Below are positions 28,303 through 42,629 of a DNA stretch of 64,000 nucleotides, one piece after another. This DNA comes from the human T2T-CHM13v2.0 reference genome, Homo sapiens, in assembly GCF_009914755.1 (NCBI RefSeq), contig NC_060940.1; one strand, given 5' to 3'. The notes below the pieces were generated by a model. That model searched no databases. It saw only the letters and a program-made list of their open reading frames with translations, and had not been told where the DNA came from. Position 1 is the stretch's first letter. Each line of letters opens with the position of its first letter. The position numbers were made by a program, and so were the translations under genes.

Positions 28303-28969
28303 TAGAAATCAGTTTTGTTTTGTACTTAATAGAGCATCTTTTTAAATCTTATGCACAGAAGAATGATGCATAGAAGAATCTGTAATGCATAAGAAGCATC
28401 TTATGCATTATCTTTTGAATCTTATGCATAGAAGAATATATAATGCATAAGAACAACGCATTATATATTAATTAGATTAAATTAACTCCATTCGGATACC
28501 TAAGGTTATATTTGTGTATTAAACTCCTCAACATCAGGGTAAAAGCAAAGACAACATGGCATCAGATTCTTTGTCCACCGGTTTTATTTAGTCTCAGAGA
28601 CCCAAGCTGGTCAGCATTTGGCTCTGGTGGAGTCACCATAGCCTGGATTTGAAGGTTTGGAGCCCAGCCCAGGTTTGGAGGATCAGTAAGTTGGTATGCC
28701 AGCACTCCAAGAGAGAGACCATCTCTTTGTCATGGACACGTCCTAGCTATGTATCTAAGGTTTATTAGTACAATGAATTTCTATTTAATGGCTTTAATTT
28801 AGAACAGTTTTCTTGAAAGCCTCAACATTGGTATTCCATTGTCTGGGCATTTTTTCTATATAGGGAAAATATACAAAAGCCACATCATAACCAGGAAGAT
28901 GTATGGTGAGCTGGTATTCAAGAAAGGAGAAGTAGCTGTGAGACACCAAGGATTGGCTGTACCAGATTA

Positions 28970-29378
<409 letters not shown>

Positions 29379-29834
29379 ACATATCCTCACCTTTTTGTGT
29401 GTGGGACATACAGTATGAAAAGATGAGTGCTAATAGCTTTCCCCTTACCTTTCAAGAGAACCTAAAGATACTTGCCTCCATTCCAGTCATCTTCCTCCCT
29501 TTCAATGAGACTGTGTTCTTGCTTGCTTTGGGGGAGAAAGACTAAGTTGACTTATAGAATAGAGGGATGGCAAGGAAACATCCCAATACAGTCAGTATTT
29601 CTTGTGGAAGGACAAAAAGAGAAAAGTTTCTGGGTTATGTCTAGAAAGATAATTGACAGGAATGGGGAGAAGGAACCCAGTAATGGCAGGTGAACGAGAA
29701 AATTGGTACAATGATAAGTGTTCTGTAATTTTTATCTTGAGAAATGGAAAAGCAGCTCCTGAAAGATCCTATTAGTGATGGCTTGGTGTTGGTAGGAGGT
29801 GGCTTGACACTCACAGATAGACTTTGGTGTTGCC

Positions 29835-30642
<808 letters not shown>

Positions 30643-30649
30643 AAACAAG

Positions 30650-30936
30650 TTTTTTTATGTAGAGACAGGGTGTCTATTGGTCAGGCTGGAATGGAGTGAT
30701 ATGATCACAGCTCACTGTAGCCTCGAACTCCTGGGCTCAAGCAGTCCTCCCACCTCACCTTCCTGAGTAGGTAGGACTAGAGTTGGGAACCACCACACCT
30801 GGCTTGGTTTCGGGTTTTATAGAGACAAGGTCTCCCTGTGATGCTCATTCTGATCTTGAACTCCTGGACTCAAGTGATCGTCCTTCCTTGGTCTCCCAAT
30901 GTGCTGGGATTACGGACATGAGCCACCATGCCTGGC
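30650..30936 (-). mobile_element. Alu (AluJ)
   Basis: Diverged reverse dimer, gatcacagctcactgtagcctcgaactcctgggctcaagc. Confidence 0.9.
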
Positions 30937-31131
30937 AATTAATTTGATTAAGAAAAAGTAAACCCTATGCAGAAGAGAACACTTAGCAAAGTTAAGTCAC
31001 CTGCCCAAGAACCCTCAGCTCCCAAGCAGTGGAATCACACTTTGAACCCTGCCATTTTCTGTCTGAGCCTTTGTTCTGCCTTTAACATCACCTCCCCATA
31101 TGGACGCACCGTCTTGTCTCTTCCATGTTTT

Positions 31132-31759
31132 CGTAGTCTTAGTTTTCTACCACTGCCAGAAGTACCACACATTTGGCACCTTGAAATAACAAATACATAT
31201 GATCTCACGGTTCTATAGGTGAGAAATCTAGTTGGCTCATCTGGTTTCTACACTGTGAGTTTTTCTCAACGCTGATGTCAATGGTTGGCTGTATGGACTG
31301 ATAAGGAGGCTCTGGGAAGAGTCCATTTTCAAACTCCTTCAGGTTGCCAGCAAAATTTATTTCCTTGCAGCTGTAAAGCTGAAGTCTCCATTTCTTTACT
31401 GGCTGGTAGCAGAAGGGCTTCTCTTAGATCCTGGGAGCTTTTTACGTCCTTTTGTGAAGTGTGGACTCTTCCAACTCATAGTCAGCAATGGTACGAATGC
31501 ATCTCATCCTTGAAATCTCATTGACTTCTTCTGCCATATGTACCTCATTGCAGCTGGAGAAAGTCTTGTGTTTTAAAGTGCTTTTGTGATTAGATGGGAT
31601 TTTCCCCAATAATCCAGAGTCATCTCTGTATTTTTAGGTGCATACTTTTGATAACATCTAGAAAATCCTATTTGTCATGTCACGCATCGTATTGACAGGT
31701 TCTGGGGATTAGGACATGGGTATCTTGGGGAAGTGGGGCATAAATTTGCCTACTGTACA
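31132..31759 (-). mobile_element. MLT1D/E-like LTR
   Basis: atctcacggttctataggt...ttccttgcagctgta...caggttctggggattaggacatgggtatcttgggg...gcctactgtaca. Confidence 0.8.
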
Positions 31760-32449
31760 TTGTTAAACACCCTCCCATCCTCCAGCCATCTTTGACTGTT
31801 TTAGTCATTCTTTCAATGTAAATGTACGTTTCTACTCTTTCTTGTTTGGAAGCTCTTCTCTTTAACATGATTTTGCATGTACTTTTGCTGCTAATTTCTT
31901 GACTATACAGGGTAAACTCCCATGAAAATCATCTCATTTCCCTACATGCAGGTCCTTAGAAACTGTGAGGATGGGGTAAGGCTGCTGCCATTGAAGCCTG
32001 CACGCTCCTGTGCGTTTCTGTAGCCCACCTAGTGGACACCTCAGCATTAGGAAGTATCAACATGGACTTGTAAGAACCTTCATGCTGTCTCCTCAAGCTT
32101 GCTAGCTGGGGCCTCCTAGTACAACAGGTGCCGTGAGAAACACGTGAAATGGCAACAGATTTCAGAAATGGTAGCAAAATAAAACCAGTATAATGTTGGG
32201 CATTGTGTCTCTCACCCAACTTAGCATTATCTATATTCAGTTGAGAGCAAACTTGGATCCAGTTTTCAGCCACAGCTACTCCTCTTGCCCTTTATTGTTT
32301 CATGTACAAGTTCTCACTGAAAAAAATATATATCCACAGCATAATCAGAATAGTTGTTACCGAAGAAAATGTAACAGGATGATATTTTTGGCGAATTGGC
32401 TTTAATGAGTTTTGAATGAATAGCTTAAAGTATTAGAAAGTAAAATTCA

Positions 32450-32738
32450 GGCCAGGTGCGGTGGCTTATACCTGTAATCCCAGCACTTTGGGAGACTGAG
32501 GCAGGTGGATCACCTGAGGCCAGGAGTTTGAGACCATTCTGGCCAGTATGATGAAACCCTGTCTCTACTAAAAATACAAAAATTAGCCAGGCATGGTGGC
32601 GCATCTGTAATTCCAGACACTCAGAAGTCAGAGGCAGCAGAATCGCTTGAACCTAGGAAGCAAAGGTTGCAGTGATCTGAGATCATACCACTGCACTCCA
32701 GCCTGGGTGACAGGGCAAGACTTTGTCTCAAAAAAAAA
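32450..32738 (+). mobile_element. Alu (AluS)
   Basis: Dimer; TSD aaagta(a/g)aattca. Confidence 0.95.
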
Positions 32739-32803
32739 GTAGAATTCAGTGAACAAGAGTAAATAATTCAAGAAATTCAAGGTTGATAGCTATAAAAATG
32801 AAA

Positions 32804-33487
32804 TTCCCTCCCTCCCTCCCTTCCTCCCTCCCTTCCTTCCTCCTCCCTTCCTCCCTCCCTCCCTTCCTCCTCCCTTCCTCCCTCCCTCCCTTCCTCCCTC
32901 CCTCCCTTCCTCCCTCCCTCCCTTCCTCCTCCCTCCCTTCCTCCCTCCCTCCCTTCCTCCTCCCTTCCTCCCTCCCTCCCTTCCTCCCTCCCTTCCTCCC
33001 TCCCTCCCTCCCTCCCTCCCTCCCTCCCTTCCTCCCTCCCTCCCTTCCTCCCTCCCTTCCTCCCTCCCTCCCTCCCTCACTTCCTCCCTCCCTTCCTCCC
33101 TCCCTTCCTCCCTCCCTCCCTCCCTCCCTTCCTCCCTCCCTTCCTCCCTCCCTCCCTTCCTCCCTCCCTCCCTTCCTCCCTCCCTTCCTCCCTCCCTTCC
33201 TCCCTCCCTCCCTTCCTCCCTCCCTCCCTCCCTCCCTTCCTCCCTCCCTCCCTCCCTCCCTTCCTCCCTCCCTCCCTTCCTCCCTCCCTTCCTCCCTCCA
33301 TCCCTCCCTCCCTCACTTCCTCCCTCCCTTCCTTCCTCTCTTGCTCTTTCTCTTTCTCTCTTCCTTTCCCTCTTTCTCTCTGTCCCTCTTTCTTTTTTCT
33401 TCTTGTCTACTTCCTCTCCTTCCTCTCCTTCCTCTTCTTCTCTCTTTTCTCTCTCACTCTCTGTCTCTTCCTTCTTTCTCTTTCTTT
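32804..33487. repeat. (CCCT/CCTT)n polypyrimidine tract, ~680 bp
   Basis: Almost purine-free on + strand. Confidence 0.97.
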
Positions 33488-34702
33488 GTACATGTATAAT
33501 TTGAAGACCCTGCGCCAAGCAGTCTCTTGGAATTAGAAGCACCTTAAAATGAAAAAAATGTCTCGCCACTGTGACAAATCCACAGGCCTTGCAAGAAACC
33601 CTGCAGATCACTAACACACGGCCATAGGAATATATTGACTGCAGCCCAAGCACAGGAGAAGATTAATCAATCCAACAGACTTGCATTAATTGTGAAATGG
33701 AAGGGATGATGCGATCAATGATAGGAATGAAAGTGCAGCAGTAACGATGCCACATCCAGCTAATCCAATAATGGAGAAGCTGATGTATAGCATATTGGAA
33801 TTCTACCGTCTGGGCACTTGTCACCATAAAGAATATCCTAGAATTATAGGGAAAAATTGAGCAGGCAGCAGTTGAGCCAACCTAATCAGCCTGATACCAC
33901 AGTAGTTCTCTTGATTAAACACTAAATTAAGTGGCATTCAGCTCTGTAACCTGCTTGCCTTGTGAAAAATAATACTAGAGCTAACGTGAAAAGTTTGTAT
34001 TTTAATCAAAGCAAACTACGAATATTAAAATATTCCTGGGCTATTTTGGTGCCGTTTAGCTGTGAACAAGTTTAATAATTTATAAATGGTTCTTTTGCCA
34101 TTGGCTACAAGGAAAAAGGGTCCAAAGCTATATTGGGAGGTAAGGCTTCCTGTGCTAAAAATCAATTAGACTTGATAGAAGCTCAGAGAACTCTTAAGAA
34201 AAAAAAAATGCACTCAAGAGGCCCTGGGAGAATTCAAATTTAGTTAACTTCTATAACGGTTTGCCTAAGGGCATGAACTCTATTCTTTGCTGCAAAGCAC
34301 GTGATCATTCCAGGAGGGGTGAGACTTAATCAGCTGTGAATACTATGAGGGTCCCTTATACATATATGTCATTATTAAGTCCTGAAGCTCAAATACACAG
34401 ACAACCTAGAGCTAAATGGCAAATTCTCCAGGACCAAGAGAAAACTGCTTTTCATGAACATTTAGAGAACACTAGAGAAAGAACTTACATTGTGAGCATC
34501 AAACCCAGTCTGGTTAGACTTTCTGTACAGACTCTTACGCTAGGACACACACTGGTGAGATCTTGGTGATTATTATATGCATTGGCCAGTGAGACCTCTT
34601 AGAGTTGACCGAGTCCGTGAGCATCCGAGGGGCTAGATCTCTGGTGGCCAGTGAAGGAGATGTGGGTTGGAAAAGGAGGGAGAGACACTGATCACATCTC
34701 CC

Positions 34703-35042
34703 CTTTTTTTTTTGTTTGTTTGTTTCTTTTTTTGAGACAGAGTTTTTCTCTGTCACCCAGGCTAGAGTGTGGTGGAGTGATCTTGGATGACTTAAACCAA
34801 TGGCTCTCTGGTACCGCCTCCTGGGTTCAAGAGATTCTCCTGCCTCAGCCTACCAAGTAGCTGGGATTACACTTGCATGCCACCACTGCCCGGCTGATTT
34901 TTGTATTTTTAGTAGAGACATGGTTTCTCCATGTTGGCCAGGCTGGTCTCAAACTCCTGGCCTCAAGTGATCTACCCATCTCTGCCTCTGCCTCCGCCTC
35001 CCAAAGTGCTGGGATTATAGGCATGAGCCACTGCTCCCGGCC
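34703..35042 (-). mobile_element. Alu with small internal insertion
   Basis: Reverse dimer; TSD cacatctc. Confidence 0.93.
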
Positions 35043-35359
35043 CACATCTCTTTTCTTGAGCAGAAGATAGTGTGCTGATAAAGTTCTCCCACCAAAGTGA
35101 GTCTTAGCAGGGCCTTGGGCAAGAGGATAAATTAACTACTTAGGCTGTTCTTTCCTGTTATATTTTGTTTGTTGTTTGTTTGTTTTTATTTCAAGTCAAT
35201 TTGTGGCCTTGCCTTTTAATTGAAAGCAAATTCATTTTTTTTTTTTTCCTGGGTGGGAAAGGGTCACTGAAAGAAGAGAGGCCATCAGGCTGTGTCTTAC
35301 ATAGTTGAAAAGTCAAAAACTGCAGACAGATTTGGATTTATTTGATTTCAATAATTAGC

Positions 35360-35580
35360 AGTCATTCGTGGAGTCCTCATACCATTCCAGGGCTGGTTCT
35401 AAGGGCTTTTGCAACATTAACTTATGTAATTCTTTTAATGATTCTGAGGTCAAGATGCTATCATCATTTTCACTTTGCAGAAGGAGAAACTGAAGCCCAG
35501 AAAGCTTAAGCAATTTGCCAAGGTCTTAAAGAGTGCAAGTGTGGCAGATGGGGATTGAAACCAGGCGGGCTGTTTGTTGC
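35360..35580 (-). mobile_element. MIR
   Basis: ttttcactttgcagaaggagaaactgaagcccagaaagcttaagcaatttgccaagg. Confidence 0.7.
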
Positions 35581-35593
35581 TATGTGTTTTTAA

Positions 35594-35979
<386 letters not shown>

Positions 35980-36965
35980 CCAAGTTGTTTTTGGACAGTG
36001 ATATCAGTCATGAGAAATGGGAAGGAGTGGGATGCCTTTGGATGATGTTAGCTCAAGTGGTATTGCATGCTCTTCCACCCCATCTTCTGCACATTTCTCT
36101 CTGGAAATACGCCCTTCATTAATCCTCTGACATTGGCTAAGTAGATCATGATGTGGTGTTCTGATCAATGAGGTCTAGTCCAGTCACTGTAGGTCAAATC
36201 AGATTATCCAGACCTCCAAAATAATAAGTGGACTTTAGGTCAGACGTATGGAGTCACCAATGAGAAACAGCTTCAGAATCCATCCAGCAAAGATCTAGAA
36301 TAATCATAGGATGAGACTATGATCACTATCATTTATTGACCATCACTGAATGCTGGGAGCTCTTGCGGGTGTTTTTGTTCAACTTGCTTAACTCATAACA
36401 TCAGCAAGATGAAAGAAATTTTCCCAGTTTTAAAGATACAGGATCTGAGGCTGACAGACCAAATGTCTGGCAGGTGAGATCTCATAACTACTAGTGACAG
36501 ACCTGGGACTGAATCAGGTCTCTTCAATTCCATCACCTTTTGTCTATGAAAGTACTCATCCTTCAGGTTTCTGAGGCCACATGGGTGTGTCATAGGCAAG
36601 GAGCCTTCAATCATAGATGACATGGAAAGTCGCATCTGTCTCATTTCCCAAGCCATGTTAATAACTGCCTGGAACAGACAGTGAGAAAAACAAGGACATT
36701 GGAACACCTTATTTCTGGTTTCCTTTCTCTCTTGTACAGTGTGATTTTTAAATGCTGCTAACAAAACATTGGAACAGAATTGTGCTCCAGAAAAAAATGA
36801 GATCCAACAGACCTTTCTTTATTATGGGACAATTAATTTTAAGCTGACTTTATCAGCAAAGGGAGGCCAGAGTGACTTGCTTTGTAATTGTTGGGAAGCT
36901 GTGCACACTGGATTAGAGGAGAAGTAATGTTTCCTTTCAAGTTTTGACCCATTTTAACAAACTGA

Positions 36966-37325
36966 TATCTTAGTGTGTTCAGGCTGCCATAACAAAATGC
37001 CGTAGACTGGGTGGCTTGAACAAGAGCTATTTATTTTCCCATAGCTGGGGAGGCTGGAAGTTCAAGATCAGGGTGCCAAGATGGTCAGGTCCTGGTGGAG
37101 GCTCTCTTTGTGGTTGGCAGATGGCCACCTTCTCAATGTGTCTTCAGTGGCGTTTCCTCAGTGTGTACAGGTGGAGAGAGAGAGAAAGCAAGCCCTCTCT
37201 TTCTCTCCTTTTAAGGGCAGTAATCCCCTTATGAGGATCTTACTTTTATGATGTTATCTTCTCAAAAGTCCCATCTCCAAATGTCTTTAGACTGAGGGTT
37301 AGGGATTTCACATACAAATTTGTGG
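36966..37325 (-). mobile_element. MLT1A-like LTR
   Basis: tcttagtgtgttcaggctgccataacaaaatgccgtagactgggtggctt...ggaggctggaagttcaagatcagggtgcca. Confidence 0.8.
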
Positions 37326-37516
37326 TGTAATGCTCTGATACTCATTGGCTTTGTGACTGAGATTGAGCCATTTAGTTCTCTAAGCATCCTTTCTTTGGTG
37401 AAAAAATGCTTGTAGTCCCTACTCACATAGGACTGCTGAGGTAATTCAATGAAGTAAGGTATGCTAGGAGCTTAACTCAGTGTTCTGCTCATGTTATACG
37501 TGCAATAAACATAAAC

Positions 37517-37741
37517 CAGTCCCTCTCACTTGAAGGAAAAATTGCCCACTTTCTGACCCAGAGAACATGTGACAATGTCTGGAGACATGTTTGGTTGCTA
37601 CGACTGGGAAGAGGATGCTACTCGCATCTAGCAGATGGAGTGAAGGCATGCCTCTAAATATCCTGCATTACACAGGACAGTCCCCAAAGCAAAGAATTGT
37701 CTGTATCAAAATGTTAGCAGTGCTGATGTTGAGAAACTCTG
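37517..37741. mobile_element. MER20 (hAT-Charlie)
   Basis: gacaatgtctggagacatgtttggttg...gcatctag...aaatgttagcagtgctgatgttgagaaactctg. Confidence 0.85.
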
Positions 37742-37827
37742 GTATAACCTATCATTGCAACACAACTACTAATGTTATATTACCTGGAATCAGGGAGGAG
37801 GGAGGATGCCATTAACAAATTATATAA

Positions 37828-38122
<295 letters not shown>

Positions 38123-38379
38123 TAAAATGCTATATACTCTATTCCGTACGTCAGTATTCTCACTAAAAGAAGGAAGAGTAGGTTTCAAGGAACTTGAGGA
38201 TGAAATATGTAACAGTATTCACTCAGTATATTAAAAATAAATACACAATGTCATTGGAATGGCCGATTTATTGGGACAGGCAATTGTGTATGCAGAATAA
38301 ATGCTCAAAAAGAACTGTCCAAGGTGCTGAAACTTTGACAAATGAAAATAACCTGTTCAAAATGATGTGTAAACTGAAG

Positions 38380-38736
38380 GTTTTGTTTGTTTTTGAAGTG
38401 GAGTCTCGCTCTGTCGCCCAGGCTGGAGTGTGCAGTGGCATGATTTTGGCTCACTACAATGTTAGCCTCCTGGGTTCAAGCAATCCTCCCACGTCAGCCT
38501 CCCTAGTAGCCAGGATTACAGTCATGCATCACCACGCCTGGCTTTTTTTTATTTTTATTTTTTTGTTTTTATTTTATTTTATTTTTTTTTAAAGTAGGGG
38601 TGGGGTTTTACCATGTTGGCCAGGCTGATCTCGAACTCCTGACCTCAGGTGATCCACTCTCCTCCCACAGTGCTAGGATTACAGTGATAAGCCTCCCAAA
38701 GTGCTAGAATTACAGGAGTGAGACACTGCACCCCGT
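38380..38736 (-). mobile_element. Alu with short duplication in the left arm
   Basis: cctccca(c/a)agtgctag(g/a)attacag occurs twice at 38661-38714. Confidence 0.9.
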
Positions 38737-38898
38737 CTTAAACTGAATTTTAAAGGGGATAACTGTCTTTGCAAAAATACATTTAAAAGGTTGGGAAAAT
38801 ATATTTTGGATTTGATTCTCAGTCTTTCAAGGTAATGGGAATGGAATCTTGAGTGAGAGAGAGTGGATGATAAACTAGAAGCCAAGTTCTTTACCAGG

Positions 38899-39189
38899 TT
38901 GTTTTTTCGAGATGGAGTCTCGCTCTGTCACCCAGGCTGGAGTGCAGTGGCACTGTCTCGGCTCACTGCAACCTCCGTCTCCAGGATTCAAGCACTTCTC
39001 CTGCATTAGCCTCCTGAGTAGCTGAGATTACAGGCATGTGCCACCACACCCGGCTAATTTTTTTGTATTTTTACTAGAGGCACTTTTGAACATATTGGCC
39101 AGGCTGGTCTCAAACTGCTGACGTTGTGATATACCCGCCTGGACCTCCCAAAGGGCTGGAATTACAGGTGTGAGCCACCGTGCTTAGCT
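38899..39189 (-). mobile_element. Alu (AluS)
   Basis: 14-bp TSD ttctttaccaggtt. Confidence 0.95.
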
Positions 39190-40194
39190 TCTTTACCAGG
39201 TTCTATGCTTCCTGAATGCAGGGATTCTGTTTATCTTTTTCTTGCATTATGGAATAGCATAAACTTGGGGTCTGAGACAGAGTTAAGGGTCAGTTCATGT
39301 TCTCTTTTTCCTTTCTTCTTAGTCACTCTCAGTAGTCTGGATTTGTTGTGGTGACAGCAGCAGATGCATCCAGTGGCATTGTGAAGGCATTAGTATCATT
39401 ATAGGCGCTGAGGCTATGGGTGAGCATATGGCCTGGGACTGCAAATCAGAAACTGCTCGCATTCCTGGGATTGTTCTTCTAGACTATGGAGTAGATCTGG
39501 AGCTTGGCTTCTTAGCCTTTTCTGGGCATCAGAACCACCTCAGAGTTGGCAAAAACAAAGAAACTTGAGCCGTATTATAGACTTATGGAATCTGAATCTT
39601 CTGGAGTATAAGGCACTGAGCAGGAAGTTTTGCTCATCAGTGTTCAGACAGAGGCTGGGGAGAGGAAAAAGTGTTTTTCCCTTCCCAAATCAAGCATCAA
39701 TTAATTCTCAGGACTGCTTTGGATAGAAGGTTGTTCACATTATTCTGAGATTTTGGCTTATTTAAGAGCCTATTAGACACCATTTGTGGTTCATCTCCTC
39801 TTGTTTAAAAGGCTCTTTTGAGCAAACAAGAAGTATTTGAAATTTTTTTATGACTAGCGGTCTAGTTATTCACATTTCTATTATGTTCCATTCCATTCCC
39901 AATAATTCATTTTAATAACATTTTCTTTTTTTTTCTTAAAGATTTTTTTTTTCTGACTAATAACATTTTCTGATTTGGGTAGAAAGAAATATTATTCCAC
40001 AATAAGCAATTGTGAAATACTAAATTTACTTGGCTTTAATTACATCTATAGAGGTAAGCAACGTGTTTCAGGGAAATCTAACTTCTCTTTGAAGGGTAAA
40101 GACCCAGTTAATTCATCATTTACCCATTATTTGGTGTGATAGGCAACACCAGTAGTTATTGCTGTGTGGTGATAGGGTTTCTTTCTTGGAAAGA

Positions 40195-40525
40195 CTACAC
40201 TTCCTAGTCACTCATTGCAGTTAAGTGAGACCATAAGGCTTGTTCTTGCCAATGAATTGTAGGCTTAGTAAAGTTCATCACTTCTGGGACAAAGCATGGA
40301 AGAGTGAGACACCACCAGACATGACCATCCCTTGCCGCGGTGAATTTGAAGTCCTTTGTTGAGATCAGGAAATCGCCATCAACATGTATCCCCAAGTAAT
40401 TATGTGGAACGGGACCTGCCTCATCCCCAAGATCTGTCTCGGACATGTGGTAGATCCTTCTGCCATACTATTCAAACTGAAGACTGGGAGTTAATATGGT
40501 GTCATGGTATAAACTAGCCTATAGA
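40195..40525 (+). mobile_element. Old MLT1 (H/J/K-like) LTR remnant
   Basis: cacttcctagtcactcattgcagttaagtgagaccat...ttcttgccaatgaattgta...tcacttctggg. Confidence 0.6.
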
Positions 40526-42629
40526 GTTGAGTTTTAGAAGAAGCCTTTCGGATACTGAAAACAAGGCACTGAACTTAAATTCTGCAGACTGGATTTAAAT
40601 CTGGGCTCATGTTTCTCACTTGTTTCGGGACGTAACCTAAGTCACTGAACTGCCGTGATAACAGACACAGCCACAGTGTATTCAGCACACCTATGTGCCA
40701 AGCATTGCACACAGCGTTTTGCATATATCATCTCACGTAATTCCTCCAGCCACACTTCCACTTGGGTAGACACGCCTCACTTGGTGGATGTGGAAACAGG
40801 CGTGATACACGATGCAAAACCAGAAAGTGGAAATGCTGAACTTGAAGTCACATGTGACTGATGCCTATTCCCGTATTTTTCTTTTTTCTAAAGTGGAGTT
40901 GATTAAACTGTCTACTTCACTGGGCCGTTTTAGGATGCTGTGAGCAGGGTAGGTGACAGGACGTGGTTACCCGCCAGGTGAGGTTATTGTGATTTGGTTT
41001 CGGCCAGCACTTGCTGCAGAGAACTTAAGACTGTTTCTTTTCTGGCTGTCACTTGACCCTGTGTACCAACCTTGAAATCCCTCACTGGCATTTTGGTAAA
41101 TTTGTTTCATGTTTTTGTCCCATCAGTAGTAAAGGTTTCACCATTATTTTCATTTCCTGGTTGAGCGACCCTCTTTCTTTCATGACTTTTGGCTTCATCC
41201 TTCAGCCTCTTTCTCTTTTTTTATTGTTCCATGTTGCTGTGAGCAGAACTCATTTTTCAAAAGACAGATGGTGGCAACCCTGTTCTCTCTAAATAAAAAA
41301 GCAAAACAGCTGTTAAGGTGCAAACAGAGTCGCGGCCAGCAAATCGTATCTGCTTCAAGTGTTGGCGAAGTTTCCCTTCAGGGAATGGGAGCTATCTAAA
41401 CAAAATGTGCAGCCTCGGCTGTGCTCTGCCAAGGCCCAAGTATAGAATGATGGCAAATAATGGAAATTTATAGTGTACTATAGATCCAGCACCTTTCTAT
41501 CTTGGCGGGTGCATATTTAAATGCAGTGCTAACGGAGCTGAAATTTATGGCTCTCTAATAACGATAAAATGCCATCAGAGAATGAGATAAATCTTGGCCC
41601 CAAACCTTAGCATGCAACGCACACACTGACGCGCGCACACATGCTTGTAAAATATAGCCAGATACTGCTAACTCAGGAGTCTGCGTTTGGAAGAAGCCAA
41701 CGGAACAGAGAAAGTAGAGGAAGTGTTTTATAGACGACTGCAAATTGTTGTTTTCATGAGGCTGGGGTCAAGGTACATTGTGGCCTCAGGTTGAAATGAG
41801 TGTTGCTTTGTCTCATGGCTGATACATGCTTGACCTTGGTGAGGGAAGCTTTTCCTTTTCTAGATGTTCAATAGCTTTTCTCTTCACGTTTTCACAACCC
41901 TGTGACAGGCCAACTTCCAAACAAACACTGATGAATTATCACCCTCTGGGAAAAGAACATCGTGGTGTGCTTAAGCGTTTTCTTCTGTTTGTTTATTTAT
42001 TTATTTGTGCATTCATTCATTCAGAGAGAATTGGAGTCTTCGAGGCTTAGCAACAACAGAGAGATGAAAGACATTTACCAAAATGCTATATTTGCAAACT
42101 GTCGGCGACGTGTGAATTAGGTGTGCCCCCTTTCTCTACGGGCAGTTGTGGTCTTCAGGGAATGGAATTTTACAAAATATCATTTAGGAGGTTGTCATTC
42201 ACGTTTGAAAACAGGCGTGGCCAGCTCCTCCAGCCAACCTGCATGTACACCCAGCTGTTTTCTCTCTGTGGAGCATCTAGGTCTTAGGAAGGGAAGCCCA
42301 TCTGGAAATCTGTCTTAAGCCCTTGCTGAATTTCCACGAGCCGTGCATTCGTGGATCCTGCAAGTTAGTAACTACCTGAAGAAGGGGGCATTCTCTACTG
42401 GCTTGCATTCTAGGTGTTTCCTCCAGCTTCTCCTTATGCAAGGGGACTTCTAATATTTTGGGCGAGATGTTTAGTTTCAGTGAGAAGCCTAACCTCCGGG
42501 AGTTGTTTCAGGCCACCTCCATTAAGAGTTAGATACTTCTTTCTAGATGCTTCTTTATGCATAATTGTGTGTGCGTGGGTGTTCATGAATATTGTCTTAA
42601 TTGCTCCTGTTTTTGAAATACAACGTCTA

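Noticed and set aside
28334-28470. CRISPR-like repeat-spacer array
   Set aside because: Eukaryotic DNA, irregular short units, no unique spacers, no cas genes
32783-33653. Longest ORFs (238 aa +, 287 aa -)
   Set aside because: Translations of the CCCT/CCTT tract; stops are absent only because of base composition
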